The notes under the pieces are model-generated. The model saw only the letters and a list, made by a program, of their open reading frames with translations, did no database searches and had not been told where the DNA came from. This document shows, piece by piece, positions 40,547 to 48,758 of a DNA stretch of 51,436 nucleotides (its first letter is position 1; every line of letters starts with the position of its first letter). The position numbers were made by a program, and so were the translations under genes. This stretch comes from a virus. The stretch is taken from the IMG/VR virus record IMGVR_UViG_3300023116_000003; one strand, given 5' to 3'.

Positions 40547-43500
40547 TTAAACACCACTCATTAGTATGCCTGTAATTATATTAACTACTCTGTCCATAGC
40601 AGATGTACTGCCTGTTTCAGAAATACTTGCTTCGTTAGACAACGCTGTAGCATACAATGTTGTCTTACGCTGCTGTTCATTTTCATATGCTGTTCTAGCA
40701 TATGTAGCCTCATCACGCAACTGCTGCCAAATGTTAGATAACTCAGCAGCCGTCAGATTAAATGCCATCTGCGCAGCAGCTTGGTTAGAAGCATTCTGTG
40801 CAGCAGTGTCTATTGTGTTAGCCTGTCTGCGCCATTCAATATTAGACTGTTGGATTGCCTGTGCATTTTGGGCATTCCAAAGTTCCCTCTGTTGATCCAT
40901 CTGAGCATTGAACTGCTCTAGCTGTGTGGTCAACTGGTTGTTGAACTTAGCTATATCAATTTCATTTCCTGCGTTTATAGCAGCGATCCTGTTCTGTTCA
41001 GTAGCGTTAAACTGAGCCATAGCATTTGTCTGGGCTGCATTAAACTGCTCTGTCTGCGTATACAAGTTAGCCATAAATTGCTGGGCCTGTTGCTTGTTAG
41101 CTGCGTTAAACTGCAAGGCAGCGTTTGTAGCAGCCTGATCTGACAACAGTCTCTGCTGCTGCATCTGCTGATCAAGAACAAGTGCCTGTTGCTGATTGGA
41201 TAAGTTAGCCATATCAAGTGTCAGAAAGTTCTGTGCATTCTGTATAGCTAATTTTGTACGCTGATCCGCAGTAGCCAAATCCATTGAAGCCATAGCCGTG
41301 GCATTCTGCATAGCAGCTTGCTGCCTAGCGTTCATATTGGCTATTGTAGTTGATTGCATAAACTGGCTGTTAGCCAACTCAGCTTGCTGTGCAGCATTAA
41401 ACTTAGTTAAGTCTATGTTAGCAACAGTAGTAGCATTCTGTACTGCCCGCTGCTGGTCTACGTTAAGCTGGGCCACATTAAGCTGTCTTGCAATCTCGGC
41501 AGCAGCCAAGTTAGTCTGCATCTGGGCATTTAGATTGGCTAATTCAGTCTGCTGTGCTGCATTAAGGTTGTCAGCACCCGCCTGATTTAAAGCCGATAGA
41601 TTTGCCAGCCTTGTCTGTTGTTCTGAACTAAGGTTAGCTAATTCCATCTGCTGTTTTAGGTCAGCGTTCTTAGCAAGAAACTCCGCAGCTGTCTGAAACT
41701 CTGCAAGCTTGGCTTGATTCTCAGCAGACATGTTAGCCAAGTCAGTTTGGCTCTGTATCTGTAGATTGGCTAACTCAACCTGCTGCGCATTAGACAGGTT
41801 CTGTGCATTCATGGCCTGTTGGTTTTGCGCATTAAGTTCGGCAGACCGTTGCTGGTTCTGTAGGTTCTGCAACCTAACCTGCTGTGCCTGTTCTGCACTA
41901 GCCAGCGTGGCTTGCTGACTGAACTGACTCTGCAACTGAGCCATATCATTAGCCATCTGAGCAGTCTGGCTTCCTGCTGTCTGCTGGTTAGCTAGATTCT
42001 GCATGCGCCTTGTCATGTCTAACTGAGAAGTTTGCAAGTTTGCCTGTTGCTGGTTGGACAAATTCTGTGCAGCCCTAGCCTGTAACGCCTGTGCATTGGA
42101 CTGTGCAATAGGTAACGCACTCTGAATAATTGCATTAAACAAAGAATCACGGCCTACAGTAGACGCACTCATGCCTCGCTGGGCTAGATTCTGTTCAATA
42201 AGAGAAACAGCTGGTTTAGCCCAAGCCGGAACTTCACCGGACTCTAGCCCGCCAAGAAGTGATTCCATTTGGGATGAAACAAGTGCTTCAGGCGGGAGTG
42301 CAGCAACAGCAGCTTGTACATTAATAGGTTCGTTATCTATCTGGGCTTCAACTGTAGCCGGGTCTTCTACAATAGCAGCCGTGATGTTTTCAGGTATATC
42401 ACCAACCTGCGCCACCATTGTTGCAGCTTCGCCTTTAGCAGCTGTGCCTTTAACTGCCCTAGCCTGAGATGCTGTGTAACTAATCTTCTCTAGTATCTGC
42501 GCTTCAACACCAGTAGGGGCAGTGCCTGTTATAGCCTGTCGCTCTTGTTTTTCTGCTTGAGGGGTAGGTGCTAGATTAACCCTACCTACAGTAACCTCCG
42601 GCACAAAAGCATCTGGGCTAATAGTGTAGTCTGCTACTCCTGCCCGGGCTGCTTCAACTTCTGCACCACTAACTTGTGCAGCTTCGGCGGGTGCGCTAAG
42701 TGTTCTAATTTCGTCTACAGTTATGGGAGGACGGGTAACACCCTGTGCAGCTGTTGTTTTATTTAGCTCTTCAGCTAGTGCTGCTTGATATTGCTGGGGT
42801 GTTATTGTTCCTTTTAATACAGCTTCTTTTACATTTGCAACAGCTGATGTTAACTGTGATGCAGAAACTCCTTGCGGGGGAGTTAAGTTAGCAAACTGAT
42901 CTAACTCCTGTATAGCAGAGTCCGGGGTGATACCTGTTTCAACATCAACAGTAGCTACTTGAGGTTGTGTAGCTTTTGTTATTTGCTGTACGTTTAATGT
43001 GCGTCTTTCTTCCGCTGTTCTTGTATCTTCTACAGGTTTAGGTGTATCAGTTGCCAATTTAGCAGCAGCGGGGACATTAGTAGGAGTAGGATTAAAAGTA
43101 TTAGTAGTAGTAGTAGTAGAACTTGGTACCCCGGGCATATTTGGGTAGTAACCAGTAAAAGTATTATTAGTTACCCCGGGCATATTTGGGTAGTAACCAG
43201 TAAAAGTATTATTAGTTATAGCTTGCTGCCGTGCTGCCGCTGCTTCTGCTTCTGCTTCTGCTTTTGCTTTTGCTGCTGCTTCTGCTGCTGCCCGCTGCTG
43301 TGCTGCTAATGCATCATTTTTATCACGCAGCTGTTTTTCCAAAATTCGATTAGCTTCCGCAGAGAATTTTTTATCGGTAGTTGCTCGCTTTTCTATGGCA
43401 GATTGAAGGGTTTTAACAGTTGTCCCTGTTTCTTTAGCAATATCTTCTAAAGTTTTTTCACCAGCAAGATAGGCATCTATATACCCCTGCACAGAACCAC

Positions 43501-43561
43501 CGCCAGCATAATTAAAACGCTTAACCCCGCCTCTTTTGCGGTTGTATTTAGCTTGTGCCAT
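40547..43561 (-). CDS. Q/N/A-rich low-complexity internal virion protein, 1004 aa
   Basis: Track ORF. About 600 aa consist of degenerate (Q)ELANL..Q.Q-type repeats. There is an Ala/Glu/Lys helix near the N-terminus and a duplicated TNNTFTGYYPNMPGV unit. Confidence 0.88.
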   Translation of the reverse strand: MAQAKYNRKRGGVKRFNYAGGGSVQGYIDAYLAGEKTLEDIAKETGTTVKTLQSAIEKRATTDKKFSAEANRILEKQLRDKNDALAAQQRAAAEAAAKAKAEAEAEAAAARQQAITNNTFTGYYPNMPGVTNNTFTGYYPNMPGVPSSTTTTTNTFNPTPTNVPAAAKLATDTPKPVEDTRTAEERRTLNVQQITKATQPQVATVDVETGITPDSAIQELDQFANLTPPQGVSASQLTSAVANVKEAVLKGTITPQQYQAALAEELNKTTAAQGVTRPPITVDEIRTLSAPAEAAQVSGAEVEAARAGVADYTISPDAFVPEVTVGRVNLAPTPQAEKQERQAITGTAPTGVEAQILEKISYTASQARAVKGTAAKGEAATMVAQVGDIPENITAAIVEDPATVEAQIDNEPINVQAAVAALPPEALVSSQMESLLGGLESGEVPAWAKPAVSLIEQNLAQRGMSASTVGRDSLFNAIIQSALPIAQSNAQALQARAAQNLSNQQQANLQTSQLDMTRRMQNLANQQTAGSQTAQMANDMAQLQSQFSQQATLASAEQAQQVRLQNLQNQQRSAELNAQNQQAMNAQNLSNAQQVELANLQIQSQTDLANMSAENQAKLAEFQTAAEFLAKNADLKQQMELANLSSEQQTRLANLSALNQAGADNLNAAQQTELANLNAQMQTNLAAAEIARQLNVAQLNVDQQRAVQNATTVANIDLTKFNAAQQAELANSQFMQSTTIANMNARQQAAMQNATAMASMDLATADQRTKLAIQNAQNFLTLDMANLSNQQQALVLDQQMQQQRLLSDQAATNAALQFNAANKQQAQQFMANLYTQTEQFNAAQTNAMAQFNATEQNRIAAINAGNEIDIAKFNNQLTTQLEQFNAQMDQQRELWNAQNAQAIQQSNIEWRRQANTIDTAAQNASNQAAAQMAFNLTAAELSNIWQQLRDEATYARTAYENEQQRKTTLYATALSNEASISETGSTSAMDRVVNIITGILMSGV
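43129..43218. repeat. Perfect 45-bp tandem duplication inside the 1004-aa gene
   Basis: ccccgggcatatttgggtagtaaccagtaaaagtattattagtta x2 (43129-43173 and 43174-43218), encoding TNNTFTGYYPNMPGV twice. An adjacent (TAG)n run lies at ~43103-43120. Confidence 0.95.
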
Positions 43562-43727
43562 CTTTGTTTACCTTTTTATCCTTTAAAACTGTTATCTGTG
43601 CTGAACTTTCTTGTTCAATGTTTTTAATAATATTAAACATTTCTACAATTTGTTTAGGTGTATACGATCCTGCTGTATATTCCAATATAGTTAAAATTAA
43701 ATTAACCGGATCAGCAGAATATTTCAT
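43548..43727 (-). CDS. 59-aa hypothetical micro-protein
   Basis: Hand translation: MKYSADPVNLILTILEYTAGSYTPKQIVEMFNIIKNIEQESSAQITVLKDKKVNKDGTS. TAATG overlap with the upstream gene. Its end overlaps the start of the 1004-aa gene by 14 nt. Confidence 0.5.
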   Translation of the reverse strand: MKYSADPVNLILTILEYTAGSYTPKQIVEMFNIIKNIEQESSAQITVLKDKKVNKDGTS

Positions 43728-44035
43728 TAGCCTTTAACCCACTTCTTTGACTTTGACTTAGTTTTACTAGGACTCCATTTTTCTTTGTCGGCCCAGTAGG
43801 CTGCTGACATTTTTCCTTTGGCAATGTTTTTGGCGTGTCTTGATTTAAAAGCTTCACGTTGTCCAACGGTCTGGTTTGTCTTAACTCCCTGCTGCCCGAA
43901 CCTAATTGTCTTAATTTTGTCACCTACTTTGGCAACAACAATGTGGCTTTTGGTCGGGTGGTTCGGGGTACGCTTTGGTTTGTTGTAACCACTAACCCCA
44001 GCCCTCTCTAGTCTTGGGTCTTTTTGTGTAGCCAT
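43727..44035 (-). CDS. 102-aa basic conserved small protein
   Basis: Track ORF with an AGGAAA SD. GYNKPKRTPNHPTKSHIVVAK...FKSRHAKNIAKGKMSAAYWA is a recurrent phage/giant-virus small-protein signature (from memory). Confidence 0.8.
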   Translation of the reverse strand: MATQKDPRLERAGVSGYNKPKRTPNHPTKSHIVVAKVGDKIKTIRFGQQGVKTNQTVGQREAFKSRHAKNIAKGKMSAAYWADKEKWSPSKTKSKSKKWVKG

Positions 44036-44037
44036 AC

Positions 44038-44442
44038 TTATTTCCTGTCTACTTGTTTAACTTTTTCAACTGTTCTCATTGCACCTAATCCTAACATACC
44101 TAGTAGTACGGGCAACAAAGTTTCCATGTCAATTAAAGGAATAACTACATCATATTCTAACAATTCTAACATCATATTGGTAAATGGAATTGTAATAAAA
44201 TTACCAGCCATACCTATAACACAGACCCAACCTACTGCTGGCCTCCAGCCTGACACAAACAAAGAGGGATGTTCAGCTTCTTTCTTGTTAATCTCTAGCT
44301 GTGCTTGTACAACCTCATGAGCGTGTTTCTCAGCCATAGTGGCTATGTCGTGAGCAAGCTGTGCTTTCTGGTCTTTGTCTTCTATGAATTTGTCTAGTAT
44401 GGCTCCTACCGGGCCAGCCAGAGTGCCTATCAAGTTAAGCAT
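44038..44442 (-). CDS. Holin (GTA-type 3-TM holin family)
   Basis: AQLEINKKEAEHPSLFVSGWRPAVGWVCVIGMAGNF plus further hydrophobic segments matches the GTA_holin_3TM signature from memory. Confidence 0.8.
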   Translation of the reverse strand: MLNLIGTLAGPVGAILDKFIEDKDQKAQLAHDIATMAEKHAHEVVQAQLEINKKEAEHPSLFVSGWRPAVGWVCVIGMAGNFITIPFTNMMLELLEYDVVIPLIDMETLLPVLLGMLGLGAMRTVEKVKQVDRK

Positions 44443-44684
44443 TACTTATTACCCCAGTTCATCCACACGCCAGTAGCCAACGCAGCTAACAAGGCGGTAG
44501 TCAGCATACGGGCTATAGTCTGTCCCACAGTCTTTTTAGTGTCGCGCCAAGTCTCCAGCAAAGACCGTAACTCTTTGACATCATCATACGCTTCTTCGTC
44601 AGACAGCCCGATGTCTTTCAGTGCCTGTTTAGCACCTTCTTTTGCGGCTCTGTCAATCAATACCTCTATTTCTTGTTCGGTCAT
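44442..44684 (-). CDS. 80-aa C-terminally anchored membrane protein (lysis-cassette associated; start re-called at ATG 44684)
   Basis: AGGTG lies before ATG 44684. The C-terminal TM is MLTTALLAALATGVWM. Its stop overlaps the holin start. Confidence 0.7.
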   Translation of the reverse strand: MTEQEIEVLIDRAAKEGAKQALKDIGLSDEEAYDDVKELRSLLETWRDTKKTVGQTIARMLTTALLAALATGVWMNWGNK

Positions 44685-44693
44685 GTTTAACAC

Positions 44694-45167
44694 CTACTGA
44701 CTCGCTGCTATTAACGCAACAATGCTTGCTAGAATAGCTCCAGCAGTACCAAATAAAAAGAGAACTAATGCTAAGTCTGCTGCGTCTTTCTTTGCCATTG
44801 CTCTAGCTCGTGCCTCTCGTAGTCTTTCGTTCTTAATGTTTTTACGCTCTCGTAGCATTTCTCTATAGAACTCACCTTGTCCACTATAGATAAGATATTC
44901 GCGCAGTTCGTTCTCCATCTCCCTTGCTTTAGTTTTTGCTATTGTTATCTCTAATGCTTGTGACTCAATACTTTTGCCCTTCAGCAGTTTTTTAGCATAG
45001 GAAGCTGTCTCATTCTCAATACCAGCTTGCGTAATACGCTCATTAGCATCCCAGAACTTGCCAAGAGTCTCGCCCATGTCCTGTAGTTCTTTGCCTTTGG
45101 CTATCCCTGTCTTGAGTGCATTGAAGGCAGAGTTAGCTATACTGACTGCTGCCATCACTTCTATCAC
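44694..45167 (-). CDS. 157-aa coiled-coil protein with a C-terminal TM segment (lysis-cassette associated)
   Basis: Track ORF with C-terminal LALVLFLFGTAGAILASIVALIAA. The start codon (GTG 45167 or ATG 45155) is uncertain. Confidence 0.7.
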   Translation of the reverse strand: MIEVMAAVSIANSAFNALKTGIAKGKELQDMGETLGKFWDANERITQAGIENETASYAKKLLKGKSIESQALEITIAKTKAREMENELREYLIYSGQGEFYREMLRERKNIKNERLREARARAMAKKDAADLALVLFLFGTAGAILASIVALIAASQ

Positions 45168-45205
45168 ATTATTCGCCTATAGTTATCCAGCCTGTTGTGT
45201 TGTCT

Positions 45206-45532
45206 TTATGCTTCTTCGGCAGGTTCTTCTTCAGTAACCCACGGCATACCAATGGCAGTGGCAGGGGTCTTTACAGAGTCCAGCTTTGCCTGAAGAGATG
45301 CAGTAACAGCATCAACATCGATGGAAGATTCTACCCAGCCAATAACATCAGCTTCGGTGAGGCTGTCAAAAGAGATAAAGCCATCAGCAGATGCGTCAGG
45401 GGTGAAGCTGGCGTGTACCATGTCGCTGACAGTGATATCACCGTCAACCATTGAGGCTATTGCCCGGACACGGATAACACCGCCGTCAGTTGTATTACGT
45501 ACTACTTTGTCTATTGTGTAAGAGAGTGCCAT
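45206..45532 (-). CDS. 108-aa hypothetical protein
   Basis: Track ORF with a GGAGG SD. Confidence 0.8.
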   Translation of the reverse strand: MALSYTIDKVVRNTTDGGVIRVRAIASMVDGDITVSDMVHASFTPDASADGFISFDSLTEADVIGWVESSIDVDAVTASLQAKLDSVKTPATAIGMPWVTEEEPAEEA

Positions 45533-45533
45533 G

Positions 45534-45755
45534 TCAGTTTACCTCCGCTGGCTGTTCGTTAAGGGCTTCCTTCAGGAGATTTACAAAGGCGTTTTTCCCT
45601 ACGGTAAGTTGGTCTAAATTAAACTGTGTAGTGCTAATTTTCCTATCAAGGTCTGAGATGTGGTTCACAAGTGCTTTCTGCTGGTCTGTCATGTCTTCAA
45701 ATGTGTATTCCACATCGTCAACAAAAACAGGCGTAGTCTTTTTTTCTGTAGCCAT
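45534..45755 (-). CDS. 73-aa hypothetical protein
   Basis: Track ORF, tightly coupled to the downstream gene. Confidence 0.75.
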   Translation of the reverse strand: MATEKKTTPVFVDDVEYTFEDMTDQQKALVNHISDLDRKISTTQFNLDQLTVGKNAFVNLLKEALNEQPAEVN

Positions 45756-45785
45756 TTTTTGTTACCTTTTTGGTTTAGTTAAAAT

Positions 45786-46373
45786 TTAGATGGTTACCCA
45801 TCCAGTTGTGTTATCTGCCTGATACGCATCTTCATCCCAGTATGCCTCACCGTCCGGCTTGGGCAGGGGTGCTTCCCAGACAAAATCGGTAGAGTTATAT
45901 GTCCATGAATCATACGGCTGCTGGTCTGGGCCTTCAGGTAGCGGGTTGTTCGGGAACCCATCCTGTGCCGGGACATCACGTAAAGCAACGCGGTAGTTTG
46001 CCATTATGCCCTTGTCGTAATCAATAAGCGGGGAGTCCGGCATCATGGCCCAGTCAGTCTCAGCTAGCCGTGAGTTTCTCTGTGCGCGTACCTGTGCCTT
46101 CTTGTTGTTCAGGTCATTCTCTATTGCTTCGGCACTGCGGTCAATTACGCTAAAGGTCTGGAAGTAAGAACCTTCACGTTCCTCAACAGCACCCTCAATA
46201 ACAGTCTGGGTGTCTGCATCGTAGCTGGGGCGTGGGTCTTCCAGCAGTTTAGCCATGTTCAAGTCAGCCAGAGCCGCATCACTCAGAGGCAACGCAAAGC
46301 TGGTGTTCGGGTTAGCCTTGAGAATCTGTCTCTCACTGACTATAGCCGAATTAGTAATGTCGTAGTATCTCAT
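45786..46373 (-). CDS. Tail-fibre assembly / chaperone-like protein
   Basis: KKAQVRAQRNSRLAETDWAMMPDSP matches the tail-assembly-chaperone motif (R..R...L..TDW). It lies directly after the fibre-like genes. Confidence 0.75.
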   Translation of the reverse strand: MRYYDITNSAIVSERQILKANPNTSFALPLSDAALADLNMAKLLEDPRPSYDADTQTVIEGAVEEREGSYFQTFSVIDRSAEAIENDLNNKKAQVRAQRNSRLAETDWAMMPDSPLIDYDKGIMANYRVALRDVPAQDGFPNNPLPEGPDQQPYDSWTYNSTDFVWEAPLPKPDGEAYWDEDAYQADNTTGWVTI

Positions 46374-46379
46374 TGTTGG

Positions 46380-48758
46380 TTACCTTGCGTTTGCGTATTT
46401 GAAAGGATTTTCTGCGAATGCCATGTAGATGTATGAACCGCCTGATGCGTTCCAGCCACCATTAGTTGTTCTTAATTTAAAGCCATTAGATAAAAAATCT
46501 GCCCCAAAAGAACCGCCACTTGCTTCGGCATTTGATAGGTTCGCATATAATCGCCAATCATTCACATTATATGGGCCTCTAGCACTATCGTGCATATCCC
46601 AGTTATCCGCACTATCAGTTCTTTTTATCATTAACCAAGCAGGTCTAAATCCAGTGTACACAAAGGGGCCATCTGTTGAGCCATTCCCGGTGTAGGAGCC
46701 GACTTTGCACATCCCTTCCATGTTTGCCCACAAATAATTCATAAATGACCAATTGCCACCGTTGTTTCCGTTGTTTGCGCCAACGGTAAATTGACTGCTA
46801 GTAGGTGCTGTATCATTCCAGATTGTGCTGTCATCTACAAAGGCATTAGTTAAATCCAAATAGCCGTAATCGGTTTCTGGGTCTGTTACTTGCCCGCCAT
46901 CAATATAAGTTAGCCAGTTTCCAGCATAGTCAGAAATGCGGGGTGTCATCATCCAATTAGGCACAGCATTCAAGTTGTGTGAAATGCTTTGTGGCGTTGC
47001 ATTATTTCCTGTGTAGGCAACTATATCGTGTAAGCCTTCTCGTTTTTTCCAGCAATAAGCAACATAATTGATTCCATTGCTATTGACTGAAGAATTATTA
47101 CCAAGAGTAAAACCATCGGCATCAAAAGATGTTAAAGATTCTGTATCAGTAGTTTCTAAGATACCAACGTCCCATGTTAGATATTTTGTGGCTCCTCTAG
47201 TGGTATCAAATTGCATCCAAGAAGTAGCACTATCTCTGCTTTTAATAACTACATGGTCTGGTGTAAATCCAACACCAGTAATAGATTTTCCCCCGCTACC
47301 TATAGCTGTGCCATTACCTGTGTACAGCACAACATTGAAGTAGTCTGTGACGTTCTCAGCACTATTAGGCCCGATTGTGGGTTCTGGGAAGTTGGCTGTG
47401 CAGAGTGCTAGTGCGTCTGTAGGGACGGTGTAATAAAAGTCACCAATGCCATTAGCGTCAGTATTACCTTGTGCGGTCTTTGCTCCAGAAAAGGATGAGT
47501 CTTGACCGAAATTTGCTATACATCTGCCTGTTGAACCAGCAGTACCAAAGCCAAAGCGATATTCTGAATCTGCGTCAATCGAGAAGGCTCCCTGCGATAC
47601 GCCGTTTATATAATATGTCAATTCATCGTTGTCGCAGTCTAGTAGTATCCCAATGATGCTGCCAGCCCCATAACTTGTAGACGCGTAACTGTAGGCTGAA
47701 CCATCGTGATATATGTCGCCATTGATGTACATGGCCCATCCTTCAGACCCTGCTATCCAATTCTCGCCTCCATTGTCAACTTGTACGGACGTTTTTATTA
47801 TCCCATGACCCTGATAGGTTGAAGCACAGTAAACTTCTGCGTACCACTTACCAGAACTAACAGCATGAGTACCAGCACTTGAGCGAAATATGGTATTTAA
47901 TTGGCCCCCATTATGGTCAAGGTTTCCATCAGAGATTACCGTGGAGCTTGATATATCAATCGGGTTAATAGTGCAAAAATTATTAGTAGGCGTGTCCGGC
48001 GTCTGATCTGAACTTGTCAGCCCTGAAGATGTAAAGTCGTTGTTGTTACCAGAGACATCGTTGCCCAGTGCTGATGAGTCTGCAAAGTCTAGTAGATAAC
48101 CATTAGTGCCGTAGGTTAGCCCAGTAATGTCTTTAGGAACCCAGACACCATTTTTGTATTCAGCAAAGTCAGTTGGGTCAAGTGCCTGACCATCAACAAA
48201 AGCAAACTGTGACAAATACGCATCAAGATGATTATTAATTCTTTGATGCTCGCCAATAACAGTTGTGTAGCTGGAGTTGGTTAATCTGCTAGTTTGGTTG
48301 AGCGATGGGTAATTAGTGTCTCCAGAGGCCGTAGGAGCAAGATTACCGTTGACATACCAAGCCAATCTATCTGAGGTAGTAGCGTTAGCACTGTCCCACT
48401 TCAAGACAATGTGATACCAAGCAGAAGGGTCACGATAAAATACGCTATAATCGCCATGAAAGTTACTGGTTGTATCGTATCTATAGAACAAATAACCATT
48501 ACCTTTTATAGCTATTAAATCTTCGCTACCATCTGCTGTCCCTGCATTTACGAAAGTCTGGGTTTTGTTAGAGGCAGTTAGTTTTGTCCAAAAAGATAAA
48601 GTCCATTGAGTAGAGGACGTATTAGAGGGCGTTCTTGTCAAGATAGGACTGTCTCCGCTGTTAAACCGCGCAGAGTAATCCACCGTATACGGATAGAAGT
48701 CACCACCGCCAGCATTCCCAGCGGCGGCTTGTAGCATTTTGCGTGAAGAACTGCTCAT
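46380..48758 (-). CDS. Receptor-binding-type structural protein with LamG-like and SPRY domains plus a triplicated C-terminal module, 792 aa
   Basis: LamG-like: WTLSFWTKL...WYHIVLKWD...LAWYVNG. SPRY: SGKWYAEVY...GWAMYINGDIYHDG...GSIIGILLDCDNDELTYYINGVSQGAF. Three YTGNG...GF.P..(V/L)(V/M)IK..DSA..W modules. Confidence 0.88.
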   Translation of the reverse strand: MSSSSRKMLQAAAGNAGGGDFYPYTVDYSARFNSGDSPILTRTPSNTSSTQWTLSFWTKLTASNKTQTFVNAGTADGSEDLIAIKGNGYLFYRYDTTSNFHGDYSVFYRDPSAWYHIVLKWDSANATTSDRLAWYVNGNLAPTASGDTNYPSLNQTSRLTNSSYTTVIGEHQRINNHLDAYLSQFAFVDGQALDPTDFAEYKNGVWVPKDITGLTYGTNGYLLDFADSSALGNDVSGNNNDFTSSGLTSSDQTPDTPTNNFCTINPIDISSSTVISDGNLDHNGGQLNTIFRSSAGTHAVSSGKWYAEVYCASTYQGHGIIKTSVQVDNGGENWIAGSEGWAMYINGDIYHDGSAYSYASTSYGAGSIIGILLDCDNDELTYYINGVSQGAFSIDADSEYRFGFGTAGSTGRCIANFGQDSSFSGAKTAQGNTDANGIGDFYYTVPTDALALCTANFPEPTIGPNSAENVTDYFNVVLYTGNGTAIGSGGKSITGVGFTPDHVVIKSRDSATSWMQFDTTRGATKYLTWDVGILETTDTESLTSFDADGFTLGNNSSVNSNGINYVAYCWKKREGLHDIVAYTGNNATPQSISHNLNAVPNWMMTPRISDYAGNWLTYIDGGQVTDPETDYGYLDLTNAFVDDSTIWNDTAPTSSQFTVGANNGNNGGNWSFMNYLWANMEGMCKVGSYTGNGSTDGPFVYTGFRPAWLMIKRTDSADNWDMHDSARGPYNVNDWRLYANLSNAEASGGSFGADFLSNGFKLRTTNGGWNASGGSYIYMAFAENPFKYANAR

